Notes: generated from the letters alone by a model not told the origin. Positions 1 through 9,640 are shown, counted from the first letter of the stretch. The stretch is DNA of 64,000 nucleotides from an uncultured Bacteroidia bacterium (GCA_965240855.1 CBDEMG010000036.1:15917-79916); one strand, 5' to 3'. A program made the numbers and translations.

Positions 1-709
1 TTTCTCCGAGATACCCCTGACTGGATAAAGTCTGTTCCTGTTCTACAACCTCACCTTGTTTTAGTACACTCTCAAAATGACTGAACGGATCGTGGATTTT
101 CCAAGGTTGCCCAGAGGTATTATAGGGTTCAAACAGGAAGACTTTGCGAGCCGCTACCATAAACCAATTCTCGGACTCTAGGATATTGTTGCCATCGAAG
201 GCTTGGGGTGTGAGACCACGATCCCGCGCCATCTGTGTAAGAACATCCAAGTAAGAGTGCTCTGGATTAGTACCCTTAGCAGCAAAATTATAGGAGTAGT
301 TCGCAAGTTCAATGTAGGAAATACCAAAGTTTATATCTACGAGTCCCTCTTGTGATTCGCGGTTGATGGGGAGATTAAAAACAAATGAGAGTCCTCCCAT
401 ACTGGCATGAAAAGCGGGCGAGGAGAGTTTACGCTTACGGTAGATATCGGTTCCGATATTAAGCCCTAGGTTGAGAGAACCAGCTGCTTCGTGGGAACGA
501 TAGAATGCGAGTCCTGCAGGATTCATAGACATCGTAGAGAAATCGCCTCCAATTGCCCCCATAGCACTCCCCACACCCACCGAACGAGCCGTAGCAGTAG
601 GGAGATTCTGGGAGTAGAGTAAAAGGTCGTTTACATCTTGTGCAAGTAGTCCGTTACTTACGAAAAGGGTAAGCAGGGATGCTAGTATAAAAGCTTTCGG
701 TTTTCGCAT
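1..709 (-). CDS. FadL/TodX-like outer-membrane beta-barrel protein, N-terminal part (gene runs off the left edge)
   Basis: Absent from the ORF track because it has no stop inside the window. Read by hand: ATG at 709-707, and no in-frame stop (no TTA/CTA/TCA in the plus-strand triplets) down to nt 2. Translation starts MRKPKAFILASLLTLFVSNGLLAQ (signal peptide), then ...TATARSVGVGSAMGAIGGDFSTMSMNPAGLAFY. That Gly-rich motif is typical of Bacteroidota FadL-family porins. Confidence 0.55.
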   Translation of the reverse strand, partial: MRKPKAFILASLLTLFVSNGLLAQDVNDLLLYSQNLPTATARSVGVGSAMGAIGGDFSTMSMNPAGLAFYRSHEAAGSLNLGLNIGTDIYRKRKLSSPAFHASMGGLSFVFNLPINRESQEGLVDINFGISYIELANYSYNFAAKGTNPEHSYLDVLTQMARDRGLTPQAFDGNNILESENWFMVAARKVFLFEPYNTSGQPWKIHDPFSHFESVLKQGEVVEQEQTLSSQGYLGE

Positions 710-738
710 TGTCGGTATTCTTTAATAAGATTGGGAGA

Positions 739-2172
739 TTAATGACCCCTAGTAGTCTGATACCGACTACCATTGTTAGAATTATTAGAGGGTGTGGATG
801 TGTTGTTCGATCCACCTCCTCGTGTAGATTGGTAGGTAGGTGTTGTATTGGACGGTATCGTAGAAGGGGTAACGGTCTGTTGCGTTGTATGTGGACGAGA
901 ATAAGGAGTACTATTGTAAGAATTGTTTTGTGGAGCTTGGGAAGGTGTTTGATACGAGGAGGGAGTCCCATTGTTTGTGTCATTCCCTCCGCGAGTGGAT
1001 TGATAATACGAGCCTTGTCGTGATGGAGTATAGGTCTGCGTATTGCTCTGCGGACGATAGTAGGAGTTGTTATAACTATTGTTTTGTGAGGGAGATGTGG
1101 GAGCTTGGTACGAAGAAGAGTTTTGAGTATTCTCTATCCCCCCCCGTGTGGTTTGTTGCCAGCTGTTGTTATACTGCCGTGAGTTTCCATTTTCTGGACG
1201 AGTATAGGTTGGAGTATAATCGCGCGTAGGATTGTAGTGGGAAGAGTTGTTTGTATTCTGATTTCCTTGATCGGAGGTGCGATAATAGGAGTTACCATTA
1301 CCCTGCATTCGTACATATTGTTGTGCAGTAGCACTACGTTGTACTTGCCCGTATCCTGCCATAGAACTTGTTGAGGAACGTCTCGCGCCATATACGACCC
1401 TCTCGCTAGGAATGTAGAGCGTACCGCCATCGTAGTACTGAGGATAGTATGGGTAGTAGTAATTATGATTGTATTGACCTGCTATATACCCATCTCTGAA
1501 ACCACGTTTGTAACTGTTACTACTAGACCACCAAGGATTGTACCAGCCATAGTCATACCAAGGATCATACCAGATGTGTGGTGTGTGCGATGGGTAACTA
1601 TAATGGTATGTTGAGCAATACCAAGGATCAAAGAAGATTGACATCGTGATCGACGGAGAATCCCAAAAAGGATCGTAGTATGTATTGCAACACGTATTGT
1701 AGCATGAATTGTAGTAGGTATTGTGGTAGGGATCGTGCACTATTGTTGTAGTAGATGTAGTTGCAGGAGTTTGACTAACGATATATTGGTTTATGACTGT
1801 TGCTCCTTGTTGAGAGCTCTCTTGTGTATTTTGGTGGGTAACAGTTGTGCGCGAAGGTTGTCCTAGGCCATCTAGGTACTCACGGTATTCTGCATAGGAG
1901 GCAAAATCTTCGGGTCTTTTTACAGCAGAGCCCCCTTGTCCCCTTTCGCTGTCTTTTTTTGTATTCTGAGAATTTGCCCACTGTTCATATTCTTTCTGTC
2001 TTTGTTCCTCAATTTCCCGTTGCCGTTTTGCTTGTTCGGCATTCTTTTTAATTGAAGATTTGTTGACATACGTATCGTCGTATGGCGACTGTGCAATAGC
2101 AACACCGTGCCCCAAAGCAAGTACGAGTGCGATGCTAAAATAACGGAGGATCTTTGTAGAAGCGCATTTCAT
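739..2172 (-). CDS. secreted low-complexity N/Q/S/T/Y-rich protein, unknown function
   Basis: Track ORF of 477 aa. Signal peptide MKCASTKILRYFSIALVLALGHGVAIA/Q. It has a charged K/E/Q/R segment, an aromatic DPWY/Cys segment, and a long N/Q/S/T/Y tail with four TRGG/TRGH motifs. No enzymatic motif recognised. Confidence 0.6.
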   Translation of the reverse strand: MKCASTKILRYFSIALVLALGHGVAIAQSPYDDTYVNKSSIKKNAEQAKRQREIEEQRQKEYEQWANSQNTKKDSERGQGGSAVKRPEDFASYAEYREYLDGLGQPSRTTVTHQNTQESSQQGATVINQYIVSQTPATTSTTTIVHDPYHNTYYNSCYNTCCNTYYDPFWDSPSITMSIFFDPWYCSTYHYSYPSHTPHIWYDPWYDYGWYNPWWSSSNSYKRGFRDGYIAGQYNHNYYYPYYPQYYDGGTLYIPSERVVYGARRSSTSSMAGYGQVQRSATAQQYVRMQGNGNSYYRTSDQGNQNTNNSSHYNPTRDYTPTYTRPENGNSRQYNNSWQQTTRGGIENTQNSSSYQAPTSPSQNNSYNNSYYRPQSNTQTYTPSRQGSYYQSTRGGNDTNNGTPSSYQTPSQAPQNNSYNSTPYSRPHTTQQTVTPSTIPSNTTPTYQSTRGGGSNNTSTPSNNSNNGSRYQTTRGH

Positions 2173-2308
2173 GGTCGTATTGTTTTAGAAACTACATAAA
2201 AAGATAGTATGTGCATTTTATTTGGTTATTTTGCACTTAGGTTTCGTAAAATTAAGTCTTTTACGTTGTTAAAATTAATAACAAAATTTATACCAGTAGT
2301 TGGTTGCA

Positions 2309-3784
2309 ATGGCAAAGGAGATTACAACGCGCGCGGAAGATTATTCGCAGTGGTATACCGATTTGGTGATCAAGGCTCAGCTTGCCGATTATAGTAGCGT
2401 ACGTGGTTGTATGGTAGTACGCCCTCGTGGCTACGCGATATGGGAGAAGATGCACGATGCCCTCGATGCGATGTTTAAAGCAACAGGTCATGTGAATGCC
2501 TATTTCCCGCTGTTTATTCCAAAGTCGTATCTAAGTCGCGAGGCTGAGCATGTAGAGGGCTTTGCAAAGGAGTGTGCGGTAGTGACGCATTATCGTCTAA
2601 AAACCTCGCCAGATGGTAGCAGTGTAGTGGTTGATGAGGCGGCGAAGTTGGAGGAGGAGCTCATTGTCCGTCCCACTTCAGAGACGATAATTTGGAATAC
2701 TTATAAGGGGTGGATACAATCGTATCGCGATTTGCCGATCCTTGTGAACCAGTGGGCCAACGTAGTACGTTGGGAGATGCGTACGAGGTTATTTCTACGA
2801 ACTGCCGAATTTTTGTGGCAAGAAGGGCATACTGCACATGCAACGCGGCAAGAAGCCGAGGCTGAAGCCAAGAGGATGGTTCAAGTCTATGCAAAGTTTG
2901 TAAGAGAATGGATGGCGATGCCCGTAATTGTAGGTGTGAAGAGCGAGACGGAACGCTTTGCTGGTGCGGTAGATACCTATTGTATTGAGGCTTTGATGCA
3001 AGATGGAAAGGCGCTACAAGCAGGTACTTCTCATTTCCTAGGTCAGAACTTCGCCAAAGCCTTCGATGTGAAATATACGGATGTAAACGGGAATCTTGAG
3101 TATGTCTGGGCATCTTCTTGGGGGGTTTCTACTCGTTTACTCGGTGCTTTGATTATGACCCATTCGGATGATAATGGTTTAGTATTACCCCCAAAACTCG
3201 CTACAACACACGTAGTAATTGTGCCAATCTATAAGACGGAGGAGGAACGTTTACAGATACGAATTTGTGCCCTAAAACTTTCCGAAGAATTGAAAGCTCT
3301 CGGACTTGGTGTTGAATTTGACGATCGTGACAATCTTAAACCAGGTTTTAAGTTTGCGGAGCACGAACTGCATGGGATTCCTATTCGGATAGCTATCGGT
3401 CCTCGCGATCTTGCTAATGGCACTGTAGAGCTTGCGCGTCGAGATACTCTAACCAAGAGTACTGAGCCGTTAGAAGGATTATCAGTACGAATTCCTACGC
3501 TCTTAGATACGATTCAGAACGATATGTACCAAAAGGCTCTTCGATTTCTTGAAAGCAATATCCGTAGGGTGGATACCTACGAAGAGTTTCAACGTGTACT
3601 TGATGAAAAGGGAGGTTTCGTTGCTGCACACTGGGATGGAACGCCCGAGACCGAGGCTCTGATAAAGGAAGAAACTAAGGCTACCATTCGTTGTCTTCCT
3701 CTGGATAGTGAACCCGAGGAAGGTAAGTGTGTCCGTACAGGAAAACCTTCGCATCAAAGAGTATTGTTTGCACGAGCTTACTAA
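2309..3784 (+). CDS. proS: prolyl-tRNA synthetase, archaeal/eukaryote-like class II type
   Basis: The track ORF begins at TTG 2300. The first ATG, at 2309, gives [46 protein letters not shown], and the protein ends ...RVLFARAY. Both the length (about 490 aa) and the N-terminus fit Bacteroidota ProRS. Confidence 0.9.
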   Translation: MAKEITTRAEDYSQWYTDLVIKAQLADYSSVRGCMVVRPRGYAIWEKMHDALDAMFKATGHVNAYFPLFIPKSYLSREAEHVEGFAKECAVVTHYRLKTSPDGSSVVVDEAAKLEEELIVRPTSETIIWNTYKGWIQSYRDLPILVNQWANVVRWEMRTRLFLRTAEFLWQEGHTAHATRQEAEAEAKRMVQVYAKFVREWMAMPVIVGVKSETERFAGAVDTYCIEALMQDGKALQAGTSHFLGQNFAKAFDVKYTDVNGNLEYVWASSWGVSTRLLGALIMTHSDDNGLVLPPKLATTHVVIVPIYKTEEERLQIRICALKLSEELKALGLGVEFDDRDNLKPGFKFAEHELHGIPIRIAIGPRDLANGTVELARRDTLTKSTEPLEGLSVRIPTLLDTIQNDMYQKALRFLESNIRRVDTYEEFQRVLDEKGGFVAAHWDGTPETEALIKEETKATIRCLPLDSEPEEGKCVRTGKPSHQRVLFARAY

Positions 3785-3833
3785 ATATTTTCGTTTGTTG
3801 GTAAACAAAAGCCGTTTACAAAATTTAAATCTC

Positions 3834-4568
3834 ATGGAACAAGAGAATGAGAGTACGCATTCGTTGAGAGTAGAAACTTTAGATGCTAGAGGGCGTACTA
3901 TAGTTGAGACTTTAGCACAGAAATCCGCTGTAAAGATGGCGGTGTATGACCGCACTTTCGAAACCTTTAATCTGCTGAAAGAGATCCTTCACGAGTTGGT
4001 GAATGATCTTAATCCGTATTTACATGAGTTGGATCGTCGTATCCGTTTGGAATATCGCGATCGTGGGAAGTTTGAAGCAGAGGTACGACTTGCAGGCGAT
4101 GTCCTACTCTTTAGTATGCACACCAATGTTTTCGAATTTGATCGAGAGCATTCGATTTGGCATCTATCGTATGTAGAGAAGGATCGCTTAAATTCCTATT
4201 GTGGAGTGATAAATATGTACAATTTCTTGGCAGATTCCTTCAAATATAATCGTGCTGAGGATTTAGGATATTTGGTTGGGAGACTTTTTATAAATCGCGA
4301 TTTGCAATATTTTGTAGAGGGGAAACGGCAAAGCGACTACCATTGCGGAACGTTTGGTACTCAACCTATTGGCAAGGAGGCGTTGGTGAATATCATACAG
4401 ACGGCTATGCAGTACACATTGGACTTCGATCTACTAGTTCCCCCCTATGACATCGTAAAGATTGCGACGGTCTCGCAGCTCAATACGAAGGTAGAAAATA
4501 GCAAGCTGCAGACAGGGAAACGGTTAGGCTTTCGTTTTAACTCAGACGACATTGCTGGCGAAGTCTAA
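3834..4568 (+). CDS. hypothetical cytoplasmic protein (244 aa)
   Basis: Track ORF 3708..4568 overlaps the proS 3' end. The first ATG downstream of the proS stop is at 3834 (MEQENESTHSL...). No signal peptide, TM segment or recognisable motif. Confidence 0.55.
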   Translation: MEQENESTHSLRVETLDARGRTIVETLAQKSAVKMAVYDRTFETFNLLKEILHELVNDLNPYLHELDRRIRLEYRDRGKFEAEVRLAGDVLLFSMHTNVFEFDREHSIWHLSYVEKDRLNSYCGVINMYNFLADSFKYNRAEDLGYLVGRLFINRDLQYFVEGKRQSDYHCGTFGTQPIGKEALVNIIQTAMQYTLDFDLLVPPYDIVKIATVSQLNTKVENSKLQTGKRLGFRFNSDDIAGEV

Positions 4569-4603
4569 ACAATAGAGAGAAACACAAAGAATCATAATAG
4601 AGA

Positions 4604-6268
4604 ATGAGACAGGTTTTAATTTTAATCGCTACAGGGCTACTCTTTGTCATTCACTCGGGGTGTACGAGAACCTCCGAGAATAAACAGTCGCAAACTGAAG
4701 AAGAGATGGAACTCCAGCAGAAAGTCGATGCTTTTGTACAAGTACCCTTAACATGCAATATTGAACATCTTTCGGCATCAGATAGGAATGTCTTATCGTT
4801 GTTTTTTGATGCGGCGCAATTGATGGACGATCTGTTTTGGCAGGAGGCTTATGGTGATAAAGAGTCGTTCCTAGCGCAACTGCCCAACGATACTTACCGC
4901 GATTTTGCACGCATCAACTACGGACCTTGGGAGCGTTTGAATGGTAACGAACCTTTTGTAGCCACATTTGGAGCTAAACCTCTTGGTGCAAACTTTTATC
5001 CACAGGATATCACTAAAGAGGAATTCGAATCATGCACTGATCCTTTAAAGGAAAGTATGTATTCTGTGCTCAGACGCGATAAAGAAGGAAAACTAAAAGT
5101 TATTCCTTATCACGAATTCTTTGCTGAGAAGATTAATCAAGCGGCTAAGCTTTTAGATAGTGCCGCAAACTTGGCAGAAGATCCCGGTTTGAAAAATTAT
5201 CTCACATTGCGCGCTAATGCTCTACGTACGGATGAATATTTTGCGAGCGACATGGCGTGGATGTCAATGAAGAACAATAAAATAGATCTCGTTGTGGGAC
5301 CTATTGAAAACTATGAAGATCATCTCTATGGTACGAAGGCGGCTCACGAGGCTTTTGTTTTGGTAAAAGACTTGGAGTGGAGTGAGCGCTTGAGTCGTTA
5401 TATGAGCTTTTTACCTGAATTGCAGAAGCGTCTCCCAATCGAAGATAAGTACAAATCGGAGCTTCCTGGAACAGAGTCTGATTTAGGTGTTTACGATGTG
5501 GTTTTCTATGCAGGCGATTGCAATGCGGGGAGTAAGACGATTGCAATTAACCTTCCTAACGATGTGAAGGTGCAAGAACAAAAGGGATCGCGACGTTTGC
5601 AACTTCGTAATGCGATGCAGTACAAGTTCAACATGATAATGGAACCGATTGCAAACCTGTTGATAGATCCTGCTCAGCGTAATTATGTGACGTTCGAAGC
5701 TTTCTTTGAAAATACGATGTTTCATGAAGTAGCGCACGGTTTAGGTATAAAACGTACGTTGGATGGGAAGTCTACTCCTCAGGAGGCACTCCTTGAGACT
5801 TACTCTTCTATCGAAGAAGGAAAAGCGGATATTCTTGGGATTTTTATGCTTGAACAATTGACAAAACTAGGCGAGCTCCCAGATCATGATATGATGAACA
5901 ACTACGTAACCTTCCTTGCTGGGATTTTTCGTTCTGTTCGCTTTGGTGCAGCTTCGGCACATGGAAAGGCGAATATGGTGCGTTTTCATTATTTCCAAGA
6001 TAAGGGTGCGTTTGTGCGCGATTCGATAACGGGTTTTTATCGTATCGTTCCAGAAAAAATGTCTGAAGCTGTGATGGCTTTGGCTCACGAAATCCTGCAA
6101 ATTCAGGGGGATGGTGATTACCAACGTGCAGCAAAGATGCTTCTCCAACAAGGTATTGTCGATGATCTCCTATTAGAGGATATGAAGAAGATAATGGATG
6201 CCAATATCCCGATCGATATCCGTTTTGAACAGGGAAAAGAGATTTTGGGTCTCACACCGAAACACTAG
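4604..6268 (+). CDS. M49 (dipeptidyl-peptidase III)-like zinc metallopeptidase lipoprotein, short HEXXH type
   Basis: Lipoprotein signal MRQVLILIATGLLFVIHSGC. Zinc motif HEVAHGLG (HEXXH) is followed about 40 residues later by EEGKADILG, which resembles the second M49 motif EEXK/RAD/E. Length 554 aa. Confidence 0.6.
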   Translation: MRQVLILIATGLLFVIHSGCTRTSENKQSQTEEEMELQQKVDAFVQVPLTCNIEHLSASDRNVLSLFFDAAQLMDDLFWQEAYGDKESFLAQLPNDTYRDFARINYGPWERLNGNEPFVATFGAKPLGANFYPQDITKEEFESCTDPLKESMYSVLRRDKEGKLKVIPYHEFFAEKINQAAKLLDSAANLAEDPGLKNYLTLRANALRTDEYFASDMAWMSMKNNKIDLVVGPIENYEDHLYGTKAAHEAFVLVKDLEWSERLSRYMSFLPELQKRLPIEDKYKSELPGTESDLGVYDVVFYAGDCNAGSKTIAINLPNDVKVQEQKGSRRLQLRNAMQYKFNMIMEPIANLLIDPAQRNYVTFEAFFENTMFHEVAHGLGIKRTLDGKSTPQEALLETYSSIEEGKADILGIFMLEQLTKLGELPDHDMMNNYVTFLAGIFRSVRFGAASAHGKANMVRFHYFQDKGAFVRDSITGFYRIVPEKMSEAVMALAHEILQIQGDGDYQRAAKMLLQQGIVDDLLLEDMKKIMDANIPIDIRFEQGKEILGLTPKH

Positions 6269-6293
6269 TAATGAAAACAAGAGTATAAGTTAA

Positions 6294-6881
6294 ATGATGG
6301 AGCAGATGAACTTGACCTTCAATTTTGTAAAGTCCATATCGAATATCTATGATGAGATGACATCGAATGGATTCTCGCTAGTCTACTTTGGCGAGTTTAG
6401 CCATGAGATAACTAAGATGTTTACAACGATGGCTGAATCGGATATGGAGAAGAATAGTGAGGAGCGATCGGTACAGCGACGCGTCTACCACGTAATGGTG
6501 GAGACTTTGCAAAATATGAATAAGCATTCCGACGAGCTTGGAGAGAAAGATGGAGTAGGTGGTGGATTATTTATCATAGGTAAGAAAAACGACACGTATT
6601 ATGTAATTACTTCAAATAAAGTGGCACGTGAGCATAAAGATAACTTAGAGGCTGCTCTCAACACTGTGAACAATGCATCGCCAGAAGAGCTTAAGGAAAT
6701 GTATAAGAAGCAGATTAAAGAGGGGCGGATCTCAGATAAAGGAGGTGCAGGACTCGGGCTAATTGATATAGCGCGTAAGACGGAAGAACCCCTTGAGTAT
6801 CAGTTCCTACAGCAGGATCAAGAATATTTTTTCTTTATCCTTAAGGTTGAAATCAATGCCAAGAAGTTTTACAAACAGTAG
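6294..6881 (+). CDS. SiaB-family (DUF6272) GHKL-type partner-switching protein kinase
   Basis: 195 aa. It carries LVYFGEFSHEITKMF..., VETLQNMNKHS and the ATP-lid motif DKGGAGLGLIDIARKT, all characteristic of SiaB-like or anti-sigma-type Ser/Thr kinases. Confidence 0.6.
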   Translation: MMEQMNLTFNFVKSISNIYDEMTSNGFSLVYFGEFSHEITKMFTTMAESDMEKNSEERSVQRRVYHVMVETLQNMNKHSDELGEKDGVGGGLFIIGKKNDTYYVITSNKVAREHKDNLEAALNTVNNASPEELKEMYKKQIKEGRISDKGGAGLGLIDIARKTEEPLEYQFLQQDQEYFFFILKVEINAKKFYKQ

Positions 6882-6899
6882 AATTCCACATAGCACTCC

Positions 6900-8216
6900 A
6901 TGGAGAACGAAAAAAAGTTAGCAGGCAGTAAACCTGTTTCGCCGAGTATAAAGCTTATACTTCTCGCAGTGATGGCGATACTCCTATTGATTCCACAATT
7001 CTTTATTGAATTGTTGGTGGATAGCCGTCGTACATACTCCGAGGAGGTACAAGGAGATATTGCACAGTCGTGGGGACGCGAGCAGGTAGTGCGTCCCTTG
7101 TGGTTAACCCTGGATGTTATAAAGTCTGCGCATGCTGCAAAGCAAGAGAAATATGTAGCATTTTTTCAAGCAGATAGTGCTTATATCAATGTAAAAATGA
7201 CTACTAGCAAGCGTCAGCGCGGTTTTTATTCTGCAACATTATATCATGCCATTGTCTCGGTGGATGGGTATTTTAGTTCTACTAGACTGCGCGAGGAGCT
7301 TCAAGAGGCTGGTTATAAGGGAGAGGATGTGTCGTCCTCTGCAAATCTTTGTACTGCGATTGATGCACCGTTGGGGCTGAAATCCGATTTGAAGGTAAAG
7401 ATGGGGGATAGGGAGTATTCTTTGCGTTCGCGTTCGCTTAGCTCTATAACGGGAGGTACAAACTTTTCGGCATCTATTGATCTCAATCATGATTCTTTAG
7501 GTAAATTTTCGTATACCTACGAGTTTAATGGTTACAAGGATCTAAGCTTTGAAGTGTTATCCTCATCTATGCAAGTGGATTTGGAGCTCCAGTATCCATC
7601 TCCTGCTTTCTTGGGCGACTATATCCCCGATGATTTTACAATCTCTAAGGAAGGACTGACTAAGGCACATTGGAAGTTGATGTCGGGAGCATGTCTGTTC
7701 CCAAAACTTTCGCAAAGAGAGGCAGGATCGAGGTATTACGAATTTGATGACGATTCGCCCAAAGTTTTTTCGGTTCGAACACAATTTACGGATGTCTATT
7801 ACAGAGCTATAGAACGTTCGTTGAAATATGCGATTTTAATCATAATATTCACATTCCTTACGTTCTTTTTTACGGATACACTCTCTAAGACCAATATGCC
7901 GATGATAGGATATCTTCTAACGGGATTTGCTATCATGCTCTTTTACACATTGTTGCTCTCGATATCGGAGTATATCTCCTTTGGTTGGGCTTATTTGATA
8001 ACCTCGTTTGCTATAATTGCGATGATCGGAGTTTATTTTTGGAGTTTTGTACGGAGTTATCGTGCTACAGGACTCTGTGTAGGAATCTTAGCAATCCTTT
8101 ATACATTCTTATACATCATCTTACAGATGGATACCTTCCCACTCTTGGTTGGTAGTGTATTCTTGTTCATTGTCTTGGGGTTGGTGATGTATCTCTCACG
8201 AAAGCTTACGTGGTAA
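6900..8216 (+). CDS. creD: cell envelope integrity inner-membrane protein CreD
   Basis: 438 aa. One N-terminal TM helix, a soluble domain of about 280 aa, then the motif RSLKYAILIIIFTFLTFFF followed by 4-5 TM helices. This is the CreD-family architecture. Confidence 0.7.
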   Translation: MENEKKLAGSKPVSPSIKLILLAVMAILLLIPQFFIELLVDSRRTYSEEVQGDIAQSWGREQVVRPLWLTLDVIKSAHAAKQEKYVAFFQADSAYINVKMTTSKRQRGFYSATLYHAIVSVDGYFSSTRLREELQEAGYKGEDVSSSANLCTAIDAPLGLKSDLKVKMGDREYSLRSRSLSSITGGTNFSASIDLNHDSLGKFSYTYEFNGYKDLSFEVLSSSMQVDLELQYPSPAFLGDYIPDDFTISKEGLTKAHWKLMSGACLFPKLSQREAGSRYYEFDDDSPKVFSVRTQFTDVYYRAIERSLKYAILIIIFTFLTFFFTDTLSKTNMPMIGYLLTGFAIMLFYTLLLSISEYISFGWAYLITSFAIIAMIGVYFWSFVRSYRATGLCVGILAILYTFLYIILQMDTFPLLVGSVFLFIVLGLVMYLSRKLTW

Positions 8217-8239
8217 TAAAGTTATAGGCGAAGATTTCA

Positions 8240-8271
8240 GGCGTAGTTGAGTAATCTGCTACGCCTTTTTT
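8240..8271 (+). terminator. Rho-independent terminator after creD
   Basis: GGCGTAG (8240-8246) pairs with CTACGCC (8259-8265), followed by TTTTTT (8266-8271). Confidence 0.75.
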
Positions 8272-8333
8272 CTTTGCGAAGTGTTTAGAAACAGAGAAAT
8301 TATTAAAATTGTAACCTAAAATTTAGGAAGAGA

Positions 8334-9614
8334 ATGATAACACTCAAACGTTTGCGCGAGGATTCGGAGCGGATCGTAGCTGGTTTGGAACGTCGCGGTC
8401 TCCAAGTGAAAGAGTCGGTTGCAGAGATTTTGAATCTTGATACTCTTCGTCGTGAATCACAGACTCGTCTAGAAGAGATTTTGCGCGAGGTAAATAGTCT
8501 CTCTAAAGAATTTGGTGCGCTCATGGTCAAGGGTAACAAAGAGGGAGCAGAGCGGCTGCGCGAGAGAGTGCAAACATTAAAGGAGAGTGCGAAACAAGTT
8601 GAAAAAGAGATAGAAGAGCGAGCACAACATTTGCAAGCGAAGTTAGTATTGCTACCGAATGTCCCTCATAGTTCAGTACCAACAGGGAAGAATGCTGAAG
8701 ATAACTTAGTTGTGCGTACGGAGGGTGGGAAACCTAAGGTAGAAGGCAAAGGACTTCCGCACTGGGAGATTGCTAGTAAGCTTGGACTTATAGATTTTGA
8801 ACTCGGCGTAAAAGTTACTGGCGCAGGCTTTCCTGTTTATAAGGGGTATGGTGCAAAATTGCAACGTGCGCTGATCAATTTCTTTCTTGATGAGAATACA
8901 CGAGCAGGTTACTTGGAAGTAGAACCCCCTATAATGGTAAATGCTGCTAGTGCGTATGCTACAGGTCAGTTGCCCGATAAGGATGGTCAGATGTATTACG
9001 CACCTCTTGACGATTTCTATATGGTACCTACAGCCGAAGTGCCTGTGACGAATCTCTTTCGCGATACGGTTGTAGAGGAGCACGAACTCCCGATACGACT
9101 CACGGCCTATACGCCTTGTTTTAGACGCGAGGCTGGTTCGTATGGCAAAGATGTTCGTGGATTAAATCGTCTGCATCAATTCGATAAAGTAGAATTGGTG
9201 TGTTTAGAACGACCAACACTATCTTACGATCGTCTCGAGGAGATGGTGCAACATGTTGAAGGACTTTTACAAAAACTAGAGCTTCCCTATCGCGTATTGA
9301 AGTTATGTACTGGCGATATGAGTTTTACTTCGGCTCTAACGTACGATTTAGAGGTCTATTCCATTGGGCAAGATAAATGGCTTGAGGTGAGCTCGGTTAG
9401 TAATTTCGAGGATTTTCAATCCAATCGTCTTTCACTTCGTTATCGGAGTGCACAGGAGAAAAAGAACGAACTAGTGCATACGCTCAATGGTAGTTCACTT
9501 GCTTTACCGCGTGTTGTTGCTGCTATATTAGAAGACCATCAGAGTGAGCAAGGAATTATGATACCGAAAGCGCTTCAACCCTATATAGGGTGTGAGGTAA
9601 TACCTTGGACGTAG
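8334..9614 (+). CDS. serS: seryl-tRNA synthetase
   Basis: 426 aa. N-terminal coiled-coil arm (MITLKRLREDSERIVAGLERRG...). Class II core motifs are present: TAEVPVTNLFRD, RLTAYTPCFRREAGSYGKDVRGLNRLHQFDKVE and TLNGSSLALPRVVAAILE. Confidence 0.92.
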   Translation: MITLKRLREDSERIVAGLERRGLQVKESVAEILNLDTLRRESQTRLEEILREVNSLSKEFGALMVKGNKEGAERLRERVQTLKESAKQVEKEIEERAQHLQAKLVLLPNVPHSSVPTGKNAEDNLVVRTEGGKPKVEGKGLPHWEIASKLGLIDFELGVKVTGAGFPVYKGYGAKLQRALINFFLDENTRAGYLEVEPPIMVNAASAYATGQLPDKDGQMYYAPLDDFYMVPTAEVPVTNLFRDTVVEEHELPIRLTAYTPCFRREAGSYGKDVRGLNRLHQFDKVELVCLERPTLSYDRLEEMVQHVEGLLQKLELPYRVLKLCTGDMSFTSALTYDLEVYSIGQDKWLEVSSVSNFEDFQSNRLSLRYRSAQEKKNELVHTLNGSSLALPRVVAAILEDHQSEQGIMIPKALQPYIGCEVIPWT

Positions 9615-9640
9615 ACTAGCTTGGCGTCTAGAGAACATTT

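Noticed and set aside
1138-1145. A G8 homopolymer on the coding strand (C8 on the plus strand), inside the secreted N/Q-rich protein gene and encoding RGG. I considered it as a slipped-strand phase-variation switch.
   Set aside because: Comparable tracts encoding Gly-Gly occur in housekeeping genes in this window: G7 at 44043-44049 in dapF and G8 at 49540-49547 in nrdG. The tract is therefore not distinctive, and without population read data there is no evidence of length variation.
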